DNA of 64,000 bases from Candidatus Babeliales bacterium (GTDB lineage: Bacteria > Babelota > Babeliae > Babelales > Vermiphilaceae): assembly GCA_963743635.1 (NCBI GenBank), contig CAVUQO010000002.1:352001-416000 (forward strand), read 5' to 3'. A program made the translations under genes and the position numbers. Positions 9,931 through 21,798 of the stretch are shown here, one piece after another. Below the pieces are notes generated by a model that worked only from the letters and a program-made list of their open reading frames with translations, was not told the DNA's origin and did not search any database. Every line of letters begins with the position of its first letter. The stretch's first letter is position 1.

Positions 9931-11994
9931 ATGAGTAATCCGCTTAATAGATACAGAAATATAGGTATTGCCGCTCACATTGATGCGGGCAAAACAACGG
10001 TGACGGAACGCATCCTTTTTTATACAGGTGTTTCTCACAAGATTGGTGAAGTTCATGAAGGTGAAACCACCATGGACTGGATGGAGCAAGAGCGTGAGCG
10101 TGGTATTACCATCACCTCTGCTGCGACACAGTGTTCATGGAAGAATCATGTCATTAACATTATTGATACTCCGGGACACGTTGATTTTACCATCGAAGTA
10201 GAGCGTTCATTGCGCGTGCTTGATGGTGTTGTTGCCGTATTTAGTGGTGTAGATGGTGTGCAGCCACAATCTGAAACCGTTTGGCGACAAGCTGATCGTC
10301 ATCATGTGCCTCGGCTCATGTTCATCAATAAGCTTGATCGTATTGGAGCTGACTACTTCAAGGTTGTGAGTGACGTCATCAACAAGTTGGGTGCTAATGC
10401 TGTAGCGATGCAAGTTCCTGTGGGATCGTCAGAAAACTTTAATGGTATCATCGATGTTCTTACCAACAGACTGGCAACATTCTCTGGTGAAATGGGTGAA
10501 ACTGTAGTTTGGACAGAAGTTCCCGCTGAATATGCAGATACCGTAGCGGCAACTCGAGAAAAAATTATTGCAGCTGCATGTGATTGTAGTGATGCGCTTG
10601 CTGATAAATACTTGAACGAAGAAGAGCTTTCAGTTGATGAAATTAAAGCAGCAATTCGTCAAGGCGTGATTGACATCAAGGTTGTACCAGCATTTGCGGG
10701 TAGTGCCTTTAAGAATAAGGGCGTACAGCTCCTTCTTGATGCAGTGGTAGATTATTTACCATCTCCTTTAGATGTTCCGCCTGTTGAGGGTATTAATCCA
10801 AAAACAGAGCAAAAGGAAAAGCGTGAGGCAGATCCTAAAGCGCCATTTAGCGCCTTAGTATTCAAAATTATGACAGATCCATTTGTGGGTGTTCTGAACT
10901 TTATTCGTGTGTATTCTGGAACGCTAGAATCAGGATCTTACGTAATTAATGCTCGTACGGGCAACAAAGAGCGCGTAAGCCGTTTGGTAAGAATGCATGC
11001 AAATAAACGTGAGGAAATTAACAGTGTTTCTGCCGGCGATATCGCAGCAGTTATGGGTGTTAAAGATGCAATTACTGGTGACACTCTCTGTGCAGAAGGT
11101 CATTTGATAGCTCTTGAATCAATTACACCTCCTGTTCCTGTTATTACCACTTCGGTTGAGCCTAAAAACAAAGCCGATTATGAAAAAATGGCTTTGTCTT
11201 TGAAAAAACTTATGCAAGAAGACCCGTCATTCCAATTCAGTTATGATGAAGAAACGGGGCAAACGGTAATTTCTGGTATGGGTGAGTTGCACCTTGAAAT
11301 TATTGTTGATCGTCTTAAGCGTGAGCATAAGGTAGAGGTGAATCAAGGTAAGTTGCAGGTTGCGTATAAAGAAACGATTCAAAAGCCGGTTGAAGCTGAA
11401 GGTAAATTCATCAAGCAATCGGGTGGTCGTGGACAATATGGACACGTGTGGTTTAAGTTTGAGCCTCTCGAACGTGGCAAAGGCATCGAATTCGAAAACA
11501 AAGTTGTCGGTGGAACAATTCCTCGTGAATTTATTCCTGGTGCAAAAAAAGGTTTCGAAGAAGCAGTTGTTACGGGAGTTCTTGGTGGATATCCGGTAGT
11601 TGATATTAAGGGAACTTTGTATGATGGTTCATACCATGATGTTGACTCTTCTGAACTTGCGTTCAAAATTGCTGCATCAATGGCATTTAAGAGCGGTTGT
11701 GCGAAAGCATCTCCGTGCTTGTTAGAGCCAATTATGAAGGTTGAAGTTGACACACCAGATGAGTACATGGGAGACGTTATGGGCGACCTTAACTCTCGTC
11801 GTGGTCGTGTCTTGGGTATGGATGCAAAGGGCGACAAGCAAGTTATTACTGCGGAAGTACCGTTAGGCGAAATGTTTGCATATGCAACCGCTTTGCGTTC
11901 AATGACCAAAGGTCGCGCGACATATTCAATGGTATTTGAATGCTATCGCGAAGTACCGAAAAATGTTGAGAGTCAGATTTTAGAAAAGAAATAG
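9931..11994 (+). CDS. fusA: Elongation factor G
   Basis: [38 protein letters not shown]. Confidence 0.99.
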   Translation: MSNPLNRYRNIGIAAHIDAGKTTVTERILFYTGVSHKIGEVHEGETTMDWMEQERERGITITSAATQCSWKNHVINIIDTPGHVDFTIEVERSLRVLDGVVAVFSGVDGVQPQSETVWRQADRHHVPRLMFINKLDRIGADYFKVVSDVINKLGANAVAMQVPVGSSENFNGIIDVLTNRLATFSGEMGETVVWTEVPAEYADTVAATREKIIAAACDCSDALADKYLNEEELSVDEIKAAIRQGVIDIKVVPAFAGSAFKNKGVQLLLDAVVDYLPSPLDVPPVEGINPKTEQKEKREADPKAPFSALVFKIMTDPFVGVLNFIRVYSGTLESGSYVINARTGNKERVSRLVRMHANKREEINSVSAGDIAAVMGVKDAITGDTLCAEGHLIALESITPPVPVITTSVEPKNKADYEKMALSLKKLMQEDPSFQFSYDEETGQTVISGMGELHLEIIVDRLKREHKVEVNQGKLQVAYKETIQKPVEAEGKFIKQSGGRGQYGHVWFKFEPLERGKGIEFENKVVGGTIPREFIPGAKKGFEEAVVTGVLGGYPVVDIKGTLYDGSYHDVDSSELAFKIAASMAFKSGCAKASPCLLEPIMKVEVDTPDEYMGDVMGDLNSRRGRVLGMDAKGDKQVITAEVPLGEMFAYATALRSMTKGRATYSMVFECYREVPKNVESQILEKK

Positions 11995-12035
11995 TGTTGT
12001 GTGCGTTATAAAAGAATCCGTAGGAGTAAATAACA

Positions 12036-13226
12036 ATGGCAAAAGACGTATTTGAACGTAAAAAACCCCACGTAAACGTGGGTACAATCGGCCACGTTGA
12101 TCATGGTAAAACAACGTTGACCGCTGCAATTACAAAATATTTAGCATCAAAAGGCTTAGCGGAATTCCGCGCGTTTGATCAAATTGATAAAGCGCCAGAA
12201 GAAAAAGCACGTGGTATTACTATTTCTACTTCACATGTTGAGTATGAAACAGCTAATCGTCACTATGCACACGTTGACTGTCCTGGTCACGCTGACTATG
12301 TTAAAAACATGATCACAGGTGCCGCACAGATGGACGGCGCAATCTTGGTTGTATCAGCTGCAGACGGTGCGATGCCTCAAACTCGAGAACATATCGTTCT
12401 AGCTAAGAACGTAAACGTACCAGCACTTGTTGTTTTCCTCAACAAATGCGACATGGTAGACGACGTAGATATGATCGATATGGTTGAAGAAGAAATCAGA
12501 GATCTATTGAAAAAATATGATTTCCCTGGTGATACAATTCCATTCATCCGTGGTTCAGCATTGAAAGCTCTAGAGGGCGATTCAGGCGAATATGGATATC
12601 CGGCAATCGACAGATTAATGAACGCTCTTGATACCTCTATTCCTTTACCTACACGTGAAGTGGATAAGCCATTCTTGATGCCAGTTGAAGGTGTCTTCTC
12701 AATTTCTGGCCGTGGTACTGTTGCTACTGGTAGAATTGAAACAGGCCAAGTTAAAGTTGGTGAAGAAGTTGCGGTTATCGGTTTCGGTACTAATGCAAAA
12801 ACTATTGTTACTGGCGTTGAAATGTTCAGAAAGATTCTGAATGAAGGTCAAGCTGGTGATAACGTTGGTCTTCTTCTTCGTGGTATCAAAAAGGAAGACG
12901 TTGAACGTGGAATGGTTATTGCTAAGCCTGGTTCAGTGACTCCTCATAAGAAATTCAAATGTAAGGTCTACATTCTTTCTAAAGAAGAAGGTGGTCGTCA
13001 CAGTGCATTCTTCAATGGTTACCGTCCACAGTTCTATTTCCGAACCACTGACGTTACTGGTGTAGTAACATTGCCAGCTGGTCGTGAAATGGTAATGCCT
13101 GGTGATAACGTTGAGTTGAACGTAGAGTTGATTTCGCCTATTGCTATGAATAAAGACTTACGTTTTGCTATCCGTGAAGGCGGTAGAACGGTTGGTTCAG
13201 GTGTTGTAACTGAGATCACTGATTAA
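12036..13226 (+). CDS. tuf: Elongation factor Tu
   Basis: [26 protein letters not shown]. Confidence 0.99.
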   Translation: MAKDVFERKKPHVNVGTIGHVDHGKTTLTAAITKYLASKGLAEFRAFDQIDKAPEEKARGITISTSHVEYETANRHYAHVDCPGHADYVKNMITGAAQMDGAILVVSAADGAMPQTREHIVLAKNVNVPALVVFLNKCDMVDDVDMIDMVEEEIRDLLKKYDFPGDTIPFIRGSALKALEGDSGEYGYPAIDRLMNALDTSIPLPTREVDKPFLMPVEGVFSISGRGTVATGRIETGQVKVGEEVAVIGFGTNAKTIVTGVEMFRKILNEGQAGDNVGLLLRGIKKEDVERGMVIAKPGSVTPHKKFKCKVYILSKEEGGRHSAFFNGYRPQFYFRTTDVTGVVTLPAGREMVMPGDNVELNVELISPIAMNKDLRFAIREGGRTVGSGVVTEITD

Positions 13227-13238
13227 TTAGGTAGCTCA

Positions 13239-13544
13239 ATGAAAAAACAAAAAATTCGTTTAACGCTCAAGTCATATGATCATCAGTTGCTTGATAAAGC
13301 AACTAAGCAAATAGCTTTGACAGTTAAAAGAACAGGTTCCGATTTAATGGGACCTGTTCCGATGCCTAACAAACATCGATGTTTTACAGTATTACGTTCG
13401 CCGCATGTTAACAAAAAATCGCGAGAGCAATTTGAGTTAATCACGCACAAACGTATTTTAGAAATTCTTTCACCGTCAGATCAAACGATGGATGCGCTTA
13501 TGAAGCTCAACATATCGTCTGGCGTTGATGTGGAAATTAAGTAG
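13239..13544 (+). CDS. rpsJ: 30S ribosomal protein S10
   Basis: [14 protein letters not shown]. Confidence 0.98.
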   Translation: MKKQKIRLTLKSYDHQLLDKATKQIALTVKRTGSDLMGPVPMPNKHRCFTVLRSPHVNKKSREQFELITHKRILEILSPSDQTMDALMKLNISSGVDVEIK

Positions 13545-13563
13545 TCAGCGAGGGTCATTCAAT

Positions 13564-14193
13564 ATGATTACAGGTATTTGGGGTAAAAAAATAGGAATGA
13601 CGCAAATCTTTGCTGGTGAAAAGGCTGTACCAGTTACGGTTTTGGACATTTCAAATTGGGTTGTTACCCAAGTGAAAACCAAAGAACGTGATGGATACAA
13701 TGCAGTGCAGGTAGGTTGTATAAAAGACAAACATGCGCAGGCAACATTTGCGGATGCATGGTTGAAAAAACCGAATGCATATTTCCAATTTTTTAAAGAA
13801 ATTACATTGCATGAAAATGCAATAGCAGCTGAATTTGCGGTTGGCGCACCCATAGATGTACAGAAAATATTTACAGCAGGCGATAGTGCCGATGTTCGTG
13901 GTACGAGCAAAGGTTGTGGTTTTGCCGGGGTAATGCGTCGTCATAATTTCGCAGGGGGTCGGGCTAGTCATGGATCAACCATGGGTAAACGACCGGGATC
14001 ATTGAGCTTTATGCGTTCGCAAGGGCGTGTTATAAAAGGCAAAAAAATGCCTGGCCATATGGGAACCACAACACACATGGTGCAAAACCTTGATGTCGTT
14101 CAAGTGCGTCCTGAGGACAACCTTATCCTTGTAAAAGGGGCGGTGCCAGGTAAAGCCGGTTCATTAGTGTTTATTAGAAAAGCAAAGGCGTAG
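13564..14193 (+). CDS. rplC: 50S ribosomal protein L3
   Basis: GKKIGMTQ, GTSKGCGFAGVMRRHNF, KGKKMPGHMG. Confidence 0.97.
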   Translation: MITGIWGKKIGMTQIFAGEKAVPVTVLDISNWVVTQVKTKERDGYNAVQVGCIKDKHAQATFADAWLKKPNAYFQFFKEITLHENAIAAEFAVGAPIDVQKIFTAGDSADVRGTSKGCGFAGVMRRHNFAGGRASHGSTMGKRPGSLSFMRSQGRVIKGKKMPGHMGTTTHMVQNLDVVQVRPEDNLILVKGAVPGKAGSLVFIRKAKA

Positions 14194-14200
14194 GTAACTC

Positions 14201-14863
14201 ATGAGTGATCAAAATCAATTGCGTGCAAACAAGCAAGAAGCGTCCAATGTGGTAAGGACTATATCCTTCGCAGACGTGAATATTGATGCGTCGCAAAAGA
14301 AGACAGTTTCTGATAAAGCTTTTTCAGTTTGGGTTAGAGCATTACTACAAAATTGGCGTCAAGGGACTGTTGCATGCAAAGGTCGCTCTGATGTAGCTTA
14401 TTCAAACAAGAAGCCGTGGAAACAAAAAGGTACAGGGCGTGCTCGTGCAGGTTCTCGACGTTCTCCATTATGGAGAGGTGGCGGTGTAATATTCGGACCA
14501 CAAGCGAGAGAGAAATTATTGCGAGTTCCGCAAAGTTTAAGAAAGAATGTCTTGGGTGCATTGGCATCTGAATATCTAGATGCAGGCAGAATTGCTTGCT
14601 TAGATTGGCATTTGCAAGGTGATGTGCCTAGAACGGCGCAAGCGTACATGGCACTAAAAGATGCCCAATTGGTTAGTAAACCGATTAATCTTTTTCTACC
14701 GACAGATGATCACTTAACGTATGCATCATTTGCAAATATTCCAAATGTTCGTATTTTCTTCTTCGATCAATCAAATGCATTTGATTTAGCAAACAGTTAT
14801 CATTGGGTATTTTTGAAAAAAGATTTTGACCGCTTTAAAGAGATGGTGACTAAATGGATCTAA
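14201..14863 (+). CDS. rplD: 50S ribosomal protein L4
   Basis: [28 protein letters not shown]. Confidence 0.96.
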   Translation: MSDQNQLRANKQEASNVVRTISFADVNIDASQKKTVSDKAFSVWVRALLQNWRQGTVACKGRSDVAYSNKKPWKQKGTGRARAGSRRSPLWRGGGVIFGPQAREKLLRVPQSLRKNVLGALASEYLDAGRIACLDWHLQGDVPRTAQAYMALKDAQLVSKPINLFLPTDDHLTYASFANIPNVRIFFFDQSNAFDLANSYHWVFLKKDFDRFKEMVTKWI

Positions 14864-15210
14864 GTATTTACGACGTTATTCAGAAACCTGTCATTAGTGA
14901 AAAAGCATATAAACTAAACAGAGATTTTAAAAAGCTCGTTTTGAGAGTGCATATGCATGCTAATAAGCCTATGATTAAAGAGGCTCTCAAGAAACTATTT
15001 AATGTTGAAGTAACGAATATTTGTATTCTTGTTCGTAAAGGCAAGAATCGTAGAGTTGGTAGAAGATCAGTGCAAGGTTCTGATGCGAAAAAAGCGATTG
15101 TAACTTTGGCAGAAGGATATTCTATCAATTTATTTGACCAAGCTGGGGATATGATCAATATTCCTGCTGCGGGTAACGTAGAACAAGCTACGAAACAATC
15201 GAAAGAGTAA
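14854..15210 (+). CDS. rplW: 50S ribosomal protein L23 (C-terminal extension)
   Basis: PVISEKA, ANKPMIK, KKAIVTL; operon position. Confidence 0.95.
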   Translation: MDLSIYDVIQKPVISEKAYKLNRDFKKLVLRVHMHANKPMIKEALKKLFNVEVTNICILVRKGKNRRVGRRSVQGSDAKKAIVTLAEGYSINLFDQAGDMINIPAAGNVEQATKQSKE

Positions 15211-15223
15211 TTAAGAGTTTTTT

Positions 15224-16054
15224 ATGGCAATAGTTACACGAAAGCCTCGAAATCCTTCGCTGAGATTTCAAACATTTGTTGATACAAGTGATATCACTAC
15301 AAACAAGCCTGAACGAAGCCTTGTTATGGGATTACGCAAAAAGGGTGGACGAAATGCATACGGACGCATTACCGTTCGTCACAAAGGTGGCGGCGCAGCG
15401 CGTAAGTATCGTTTAATCGACTTTAAGCGTAGTGAACGTGATATAGAGGGTAAATTAACCACTATAGAATATGATCCAAATCGAAACGTTCGTATTGGAC
15501 TCGTTGTTTATGCAAATGGGGCAAAAGCATACATGCTATTGCCACAAGACTTACACGTTGGAAGCTCAGTTATTGCAAGCGATAAAGCCGATGCGCGCGT
15601 AGGTAATGCGTTACCTCTAGCTCGTATTCCGGTTGGTTTTATGGTTCATAATATTGAAATGACACCGGGGACTGGCGGCAAACTTGTACGTAGTGCAGGA
15701 ATGGCGGCACAGCTTATGGCCAAAACTGAAGAACATGCGACATTAAAAATGCCATCGGGTGAAATTCGTATGTTACCGTTAAGCTGCTGGGCTACTGTGG
15801 GCGTTCTTGGTAATGCAGATTTCAAGAACATTTCATGGGGTAAAGCAGGACGTACGCGTAACAGAGGTATTCGTCCAACGGTGCGTGGTATGGCTATGAA
15901 CCCTGTTGATCACCCACATGGCGGTGGTGAAGGACGTTCAAAGTCAGGATCACATCCAATGACTCCATGGGGTAAAGGATGTAAGGGTACACGAACACGT
16001 GTGCGCAAAAATCCTCTTATCTTGAAACGACGTAAAACGAAGAAAGCTTCTTAA
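15224..16054 (+). CDS. rplB: 50S ribosomal protein L2
   Basis: GRITVRHKGGG, EYDPNR, MNPVDHPHGGGEG. Confidence 0.99.
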   Translation: MAIVTRKPRNPSLRFQTFVDTSDITTNKPERSLVMGLRKKGGRNAYGRITVRHKGGGAARKYRLIDFKRSERDIEGKLTTIEYDPNRNVRIGLVVYANGAKAYMLLPQDLHVGSSVIASDKADARVGNALPLARIPVGFMVHNIEMTPGTGGKLVRSAGMAAQLMAKTEEHATLKMPSGEIRMLPLSCWATVGVLGNADFKNISWGKAGRTRNRGIRPTVRGMAMNPVDHPHGGGEGRSKSGSHPMTPWGKGCKGTRTRVRKNPLILKRRKTKKAS

Positions 16055-16070
16055 GTTAAGAGTATAAAGT

Positions 16071-16358
16071 ATGTCTAGATCAACTAAAAAAGGTCCCTAT
16101 GTACAACCTTGTTTGATGGAAAAAGTCAATAAGGTAAAAGCAGGCAATAAGCGAGATGTTATTAAAACATGGTCGCGCCGTAGCATGGTTCTCCCTGATT
16201 TTGTGGGAATAACCTTTGCAGTACATAATGGCAAAAAATTTGTTTCTGTCTTCGTGACAGAAAACATGGTAGGTCACTATTTGGGCGAATTTGTGCCAAC
16301 GCGCACCTTCAAACAGCATAGTGGTCAGCGAAAAGCAGGCGCTCCAGCCGCTAAATAA
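16071..16358 (+). CDS. rpsS: 30S ribosomal protein S19
   Basis: [24 protein letters not shown]. Confidence 0.98.
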   Translation: MSRSTKKGPYVQPCLMEKVNKVKAGNKRDVIKTWSRRSMVLPDFVGITFAVHNGKKFVSVFVTENMVGHYLGEFVPTRTFKQHSGQRKAGAPAAK

Positions 16359-16440
16359 GGCTTTGGGGCTTGCTGATATGCAAAAATACAGGTAAATTAT
16401 ATATATAATATATTGCAATAGTAACGTTGAGGTTTGCAGA

Positions 16441-16788
16441 ATGCAATTTAATGCAAAAGCCCGCTATGTGCGTTTTTCTCCGTATAAACTGAGACCTGTG
16501 GCAGATGTAGTCCGTGGTAAGGATGTTTCATTTGCCTTGAATTGGTTAGCTACGCATGCAGTTAAACGAATTGTACCGGTTCAGAAAGCGATTGAATCAG
16601 CGGTTGCCAATGCAAAACAGCAAGGCAATCTTGATAAAGGCATGCTCTATGTCGATGAAATTCGCGTAGACGAAGGTCCTTCATATAAATATTATAAACC
16701 GGGTGCTATGGGGCGTTCAAATCCCCAAAAAAGACGGTTTAGTCATATTAGCGTTATAGTAAAATCGTTATCCAAGAGTAAGGATTAG
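16441..16788 (+). CDS. rplV: 50S ribosomal protein L22
   Basis: SPYKLRPVADVVRG, SAVANA, VDEGP. Confidence 0.97.
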   Translation: MQFNAKARYVRFSPYKLRPVADVVRGKDVSFALNWLATHAVKRIVPVQKAIESAVANAKQQGNLDKGMLYVDEIRVDEGPSYKYYKPGAMGRSNPQKRRFSHISVIVKSLSKSKD

Positions 16789-16789
16789 T

Positions 16790-17422
16790 GTGGGACAAAA
16801 AGTACATCCAATAGGATTTCGCTTAGGCGTCTATCGTACATGGGATTCTCGATGGTTTGCACGGGGTATGTATGGTACTGAGCTATTAGAAGATTTTAAG
16901 ATCAGAAAATATCTAAAGACCAAAATGAAGCATGCCGAAATCTCTAAAATTGAGATTGAAAAAGCAGGAGATAACGTACGCGTTATTATTCATGCTGGCC
17001 GGCCAGGTGTGGTCATTGGTAAAAAAGGTCAGGAAATTGAATCGTTAAAACTTGAGCTTGCTAAATTAGTGAACAGAAAGAACGTTGAAGTATCTGTTCA
17101 GGAAGTTGAAAATCCTGACATGGATGCTGTTCTTGTTGCCCAAAATATCGCTGAACAACTTGTTAAACGAGCAAGTTATAAAAAAGCGATGAAACGGGCT
17201 ACAATGTCTGCAATGAAGAGTGGAGCAAAGGGAATAAAAATTTGTTGCGCAGGTCGTTTGCAAGGTGCAGAAATCGCTCGGACAGAATGGGAACGAGTTG
17301 GTTCAACACCATTACATACTCTTCGGTCAAACGTTGACTATGGCTTTGCTGAAGCACTTACCACATATGGAATTATTGGGGTAAAAGTGTGGATTTGCAA
17401 AGGCGAATTTCAACATGCGTGA
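16790..17422 (+). CDS. rpsC: 30S ribosomal protein S3
   Basis: GQKVHPIGFRLG, GRLQGAEIAR, PLHTLR (GTG start). Confidence 0.98.
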   Translation: MGQKVHPIGFRLGVYRTWDSRWFARGMYGTELLEDFKIRKYLKTKMKHAEISKIEIEKAGDNVRVIIHAGRPGVVIGKKGQEIESLKLELAKLVNRKNVEVSVQEVENPDMDAVLVAQNIAEQLVKRASYKKAMKRATMSAMKSGAKGIKICCAGRLQGAEIARTEWERVGSTPLHTLRSNVDYGFAEALTTYGIIGVKVWICKGEFQHA

Positions 17423-17446
17423 TAGCTACTACATGGAAGATTAATC

Positions 17447-17878
17447 ATGTTGATGCCAAAGAAAATAAAATATAGAAAAGTGCAACGTGGGAATATGAGG
17501 GGATTGGCCAAAGCTGGTCGTACCGTCTTATTCGGAGAATATGGTCTTCAGGCTGTAGAACCCGCATGGCTCACTGCACAGCAAATTGAATCAGTTCGCG
17601 TAACAGTGGCTAGAAAACTAAAGAAAATAGGTAAATTCTTTTTACGTGTTTTTCCTGACAAACCGGTTACTAAAAAACCAGCCGAAACTCGAATGGGTAA
17701 AGGTAAAGGGGCTCCAGAATTTTGGGTTTCAGTGATTAGACGAGGCCGTGTATTGTGTGAGATTTCTGGACTTGATGAGCAATTGGCTCGTGAAGTGCTT
17801 AAACAAGCATCATACAAACTCCCTATGAAAACAAAGTTTGTAAAGAAAGAACTGGAATCAGAAGAAGGTAACGCGTAA
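17447..17878 (+). CDS. rplP: 50S ribosomal protein L16
   Basis: [20 protein letters not shown]. Confidence 0.98.
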   Translation: MLMPKKIKYRKVQRGNMRGLAKAGRTVLFGEYGLQAVEPAWLTAQQIESVRVTVARKLKKIGKFFLRVFPDKPVTKKPAETRMGKGKGAPEFWVSVIRRGRVLCEISGLDEQLAREVLKQASYKLPMKTKFVKKELESEEGNA

Positions 17879-17897
17879 ATAACGCTGGGTTATATAT

Positions 17898-18104
17898 ATG
17901 ATACTCAAGGAATTAAAGCAAGAGCTGCAAAAAATGGACGCAAATCAACTTAAAGAAAAAGTTGATGCACTCCGTCGTGAGCTTTTTGGTTTGCGTCTTA
18001 ACGCAACAACGTCACATGTAAAAGACTATTCGCAAATCTCCAAATTAAAACGTGGTATTGCTATGGGTCTAACGTATGCGGCACAAAAAACTCAAGCTCG
18101 TTAA
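17898..18104 (+). CDS. rpmC: 50S ribosomal protein L29
   Basis: LRRELFGLRL..ISKLKRGIA; operon position. Confidence 0.92.
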   Translation: MILKELKQELQKMDANQLKEKVDALRRELFGLRLNATTSHVKDYSQISKLKRGIAMGLTYAAQKTQAR

Positions 18105-18122
18105 CAAGGAATATGAGTTGCT

Positions 18123-18389
18123 ATGAGTAACGAACAAAAAAAACGAATGCATATCGGCGAAGTAGTTTCAGACAAAATGGATAAAACCGTTGTGGTGAAT
18201 TTGCCGCGTTCGTTCAAACATAAACAATTTCATAAAACGATACGGACGTTGAAAAAATACAAAGTTCATGATGAAAATAATAGCGCTAAAGTTGGCGATG
18301 TTATTGAATTTTATGAAGGTCGTCCTGTATCAAAAACTAAGTGTATGTATCTTGCTCGCATCGTTAAAACAAACTCGGTTAATGAGTAA
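18123..18389 (+). CDS. rpsQ: 30S ribosomal protein S17
   Basis: GEVVSDKMDKTVVV, HDENN, RPVSKTK. Confidence 0.97.
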   Translation: MSNEQKKRMHIGEVVSDKMDKTVVVNLPRSFKHKQFHKTIRTLKKYKVHDENNSAKVGDVIEFYEGRPVSKTKCMYLARIVKTNSVNE

Positions 18390-18408
18390 GGCATAGAGGT
18401 ATAAAGAA

Positions 18409-18774
18409 ATGATACAGAAAGAATCATACTTAATGGTGGCAGATAATTCTGGTGCAAAAGAATTACAATGTATTCACATTATCGGTAGCACGCGTAAGCG
18501 TTATGCCTATATTGGTGACACCATTAAATGTGCAGTTAAAAAAGCAATACCTGGCGGCACCGTTAAAAAGGGTGAAGTAGTTACAGCAGTTATTGTTCGA
18601 ACCAGAAAAGAATTCCGTCGTGCCGATGGTAGCTATATTCGTTTTGGCGACAATGCAGCAGTAATTATTAAGGATAAAGAACCGATTGCTACACGTATCT
18701 TTGGTCCTATTGCGCGTGAGCTACGACCTAAAGGCTACGCAAAGATTATTTCTTTAGCGCCTGAAGTACTATAA
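18409..18774 (+). CDS. rplN: 50S ribosomal protein L14
   Basis: [26 protein letters not shown]. Confidence 0.98.
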   Translation: MIQKESYLMVADNSGAKELQCIHIIGSTRKRYAYIGDTIKCAVKKAIPGGTVKKGEVVTAVIVRTRKEFRRADGSYIRFGDNAAVIIKDKEPIATRIFGPIARELRPKGYAKIISLAPEVL

Positions 18775-18785
18775 GGGGAAATGTT

Positions 18786-19094
18786 ATGGTGGCCAGAATT
18801 AAAATAAATGACACGGTAATGATTATTTCCGGTAAAGACAAGGGAAAAACAGGGACCGTCATTGATATTTTTGCCAAAAAAGGTAAAGTTATGGTTAAGG
18901 GCGTTTCTCTTGTTACTCGTCATGTTAAGCCGAGAAAACAGGGAGAAACTGGTGGAATCAAGAAACAGGAAGGTTATATTGACCTTTCTAATGTGATGCC
19001 AGTATGTCCAGAAACCCACAAGCCTGCTCGAATTGGCAGCAAAACTTTAGAAAATGGTGAAAAAGTTCGGGTGTTTCGTGTTGCAAAACGTTAA
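18786..19094 (+). CDS. rplX: 50S ribosomal protein L24
   Basis: DTVMIISGKDKGKTG KOW motif. Confidence 0.96.
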   Translation: MVARIKINDTVMIISGKDKGKTGTVIDIFAKKGKVMVKGVSLVTRHVKPRKQGETGGIKKQEGYIDLSNVMPVCPETHKPARIGSKTLENGEKVRVFRVAKR

Positions 19095-19136
19095 TCGTTT
19101 TGCATTAAGCCCGAGCAGCGCACTACAAGGATTATA

Positions 19137-19721
19137 ATGGCGAAAACAAAAGAAGCAGCACGTTCTACAAATGAGGCAGTAGTGCCACGTTTGAAAAAGA
19201 AATATGAAGACGAAATTCGTCCTCAATTACAAAAAGATCTTAAGCTTGCAAATATTATGCAAGTGCCAAGACTTGAAAAAATTGTTCTCAATGTTGGGGT
19301 CAAAGATGCTCTTACCAATAGCAAAGCGATTCAGGTCGTTGTAGACGGTATTGCGCGCATTGCAGGGCAGGCTCCCATTAAAACAATAGCAAAGAAATCC
19401 ATTGCAGGATTTAAGTTGCGTGAAGGAATGCCAATCGGCGTGAAAGTTACGTTGCGAAGAAAAAAAATGTACGAATTTTTGGATAAACTTATAACGTTAA
19501 GTTTGCCAAAAGTACGTGATTTTCAAGGTGTAACAAGAAAATTCGACGGGCAAGGTAACTACAATCTAGGTGTGAAGGAATGGTTCATATTTCCTGAGAT
19601 TGATTATGATGTAACTGATAAGTCTTATGGTCTTAACATTACATTGCATACCACCGCTCAAGACAATGACAGTGGTTTAAAATTATTAGAATCATTTGGT
19701 ATGCCATTCCGTAAGGCATAA
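19137..19721 (+). CDS. rplE: 50S ribosomal protein L5
   Basis: [30 protein letters not shown]. Confidence 0.98.
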   Translation: MAKTKEAARSTNEAVVPRLKKKYEDEIRPQLQKDLKLANIMQVPRLEKIVLNVGVKDALTNSKAIQVVVDGIARIAGQAPIKTIAKKSIAGFKLREGMPIGVKVTLRRKKMYEFLDKLITLSLPKVRDFQGVTRKFDGQGNYNLGVKEWFIFPEIDYDVTDKSYGLNITLHTTAQDNDSGLKLLESFGMPFRKA

Positions 19722-19740
19722 CTCAGGCGAGGTATTATTC

Positions 19741-19926
19741 ATGGCCAAACAGGCATTGATAGAAAAAGCAAATAGAACACCAAAGTTTTCAACACGCGCA
19801 TATAATCGCTGTAAGCTTTGTGGCAGACCACGCGGCTACATGCGTTTTTTTAGTATGTGTCGTATTTGTGTCCGGAAGTTTGCCTTAGAAGGTTTGCTAC
19901 CAGGTGTTAAGAAAGCAAGTTGGTAA
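19741..19926 (+). CDS. rpsN: 30S ribosomal protein S14, zinc-binding type Z
   Basis: MAKQALI...[10 protein letters not shown]...CRIC...LPGVKKASW. Confidence 0.97.
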   Translation: MAKQALIEKANRTPKFSTRAYNRCKLCGRPRGYMRFFSMCRICVRKFALEGLLPGVKKASW

Positions 19927-19947
19927 TCGTAGGAAGGAACCATTCTA

Positions 19948-20346
19948 ATGTCAATAGATGCAATAGGAAATTTTCTCACTATCATTCGAAATGGCTTGAT
20001 GAATTCAAGTCCATTTGTAGTTATGCCATACTCAAATATGAGATATGAAATAACTCAAATTCTTAAAGACGAAGGTTTTATTAAGAATTTCGCAATACTG
20101 AACGAAAATGAATTAACTCAAAAGAGTATCAAGATTTTTCTTAAGTATGTTGATGGTGAATCCGCTATTCACGAAATTACGCGCATCAGCAGGCCTGGTC
20201 GTCGTATGTATTCAGGCATAAAAAACGTCAAGCCAGTTATTGGTGGCTTGGGTCTATCTATTTTAACAACAAATAAGGGCGTCATTACACACAAAAAAGC
20301 TAAAGAGCTAGGTTTGGGTGGTGAGGTTCTGTGTACGATCTGGTAA
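19948..20346 (+). CDS. rpsH: 30S ribosomal protein S8
   Basis: LTIIRNG, ISRPGRRMY, GGEVLC. Confidence 0.98.
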   Translation: MSIDAIGNFLTIIRNGLMNSSPFVVMPYSNMRYEITQILKDEGFIKNFAILNENELTQKSIKIFLKYVDGESAIHEITRISRPGRRMYSGIKNVKPVIGGLGLSILTTNKGVITHKKAKELGLGGEVLCTIW

Positions 20347-20358
20347 AAGGATGCAACT

Positions 20359-20895
20359 ATGTCAAAAATAGGTAGAAAGCCGATAGATCTCGACAATGTT
20401 GTCGTAGACATTAAGGGGCAAGATGTTCACTACAAAGGTCCAAATGCTTCGGGCGTTTACGTTGTAGCTGACGCATTAAAACCAGAGCTCAACGAAAAGC
20501 AGCTTGTGTTACGTCCTGTAAAAAAAACGCGTGATCTTAATGCAGTGTGGGGGCTCAACAGAGCATTGCTTGCAAACAAAATTAAGGGGGCAAGCCAAGG
20601 GTTCAGTAAGGACATTGTAATTACTGGTCTTGGTTTCAAAGCTGTTATGACGGGAAACAAAGTTGTTTTCTCTCTCGGTTACAGCCATAAAATAGATTTT
20701 GAATTACCAAAAAATGTTTCTCTTGATATTGATAAAAGTGGTCAAAAGCTCACTTTTAAATCTCCTGATAAAGAACTAGTTGGTTTTGTATGTAGTCAAG
20801 TGAAGGCATTCCGTGTATCAGAACCATATAAGGGAACTGGTATCAAGCTTTCAACAGAAACTATTTTCCGTAAAGCCGGTAAAACAAAATCATAA
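20359..20895 (+). CDS. rplF: 50S ribosomal protein L6
   Basis: MSKIGRKP, LGYSH, EPYKGTGI. Confidence 0.97.
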   Translation: MSKIGRKPIDLDNVVVDIKGQDVHYKGPNASGVYVVADALKPELNEKQLVLRPVKKTRDLNAVWGLNRALLANKIKGASQGFSKDIVITGLGFKAVMTGNKVVFSLGYSHKIDFELPKNVSLDIDKSGQKLTFKSPDKELVGFVCSQVKAFRVSEPYKGTGIKLSTETIFRKAGKTKS

Positions 20896-20925
20896 TAAAT
20901 GATTAGAATAATATGAGGTATTACT

Positions 20926-21282
20926 GTGTCAGTATTACGAAAAATTCAACAAAGAAAAAATAGAAGAGCAATACGCGTGCGTACTTCTATACGTGCGTGT
21001 AGCTCATTGCCACGTGTTTCTGTACATCGAACGCTTAATCAAATTTATGCGCAAATTATCGATGATTCAGCAAGCAAGACAATGGTCAGCTTTTCTTCAT
21101 TAGAACTCAAAGATGTTTCTGGTGATAAAAAGACAGTAGCTCATGCAGTTGGCAAAGAACTTGCGCAGCGTGCACAAGCAAAAGGCATTGCATCAGTAGT
21201 ATTTGACAGAGGATCCTTCTTGTACCACGGGCGCATTAAAGCGCTTGCCGATGGATTACGAGAAGGTGGATTAACGCTTTAA
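20926..21282 (+). CDS. rplR: 50S ribosomal protein L18
   Basis: IYAQIIDD, VVFDRGSFLYHGRIKALAD. Confidence 0.97.
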   Translation: MSVLRKIQQRKNRRAIRVRTSIRACSSLPRVSVHRTLNQIYAQIIDDSASKTMVSFSSLELKDVSGDKKTVAHAVGKELAQRAQAKGIASVVFDRGSFLYHGRIKALADGLREGGLTL

Positions 21283-21297
21283 GCAATAGGATAATTG

Positions 21298-21798
21298 ATG
21301 GCTGAAGCAAAGGAAACATCTATTGTTGATCACGTAGTCAATGTACGACGTGTAACAAAAGTTACTAAGGGTGGTAAGCGCTTTTCATTCTCAGCATTGG
21401 TAGTTTCAGGAAACCAAGCAGGAGAAATCGGTATAGCGCTTGGTAAAGGACGTGAGCTTTCACTTGCTATTACTAAGGCAACAAATAGAGCTCGCAAAGA
21501 AATGATCAAGGTTCCATTGCGTGGTAGTACTATTCCATACGATGTCATTGGACGTCATGGTGCAAGCAAAGTCATTATGCGCGCTGCATAAAAAGGTACT
21601 GGTATTATTGCGGGTGGTGCAGTTCGCTATGTAATGGCAGCGGTCGGTGTCAATGATGTACTTGCAAAATCTGTTGGTTCATCAAATCGACAAAATGTAG
21701 TTAAAGCAACTTTGAATGCGCTTGCTCAATTACGATCAGCGGCTCACTTGGCAAAGTTGAGATGAAAAACAGTTAAAGAATTGATGGGAACCAAATAA
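21298..21798 (+). CDS. rpsE: 30S ribosomal protein S5 (two in-frame stops, probably sequencing errors)
   Basis: [15 protein letters not shown]; frame continues through TAA 21589 into [12 protein letters not shown] and through TGA 21763 to TAA 21796-21798. Confidence 0.93.

Noticed and set aside
9037..21548. Numerous antisense ORFs over ribosomal and other core genes
   Set aside because: They are shadow frames of highly conserved sense genes.
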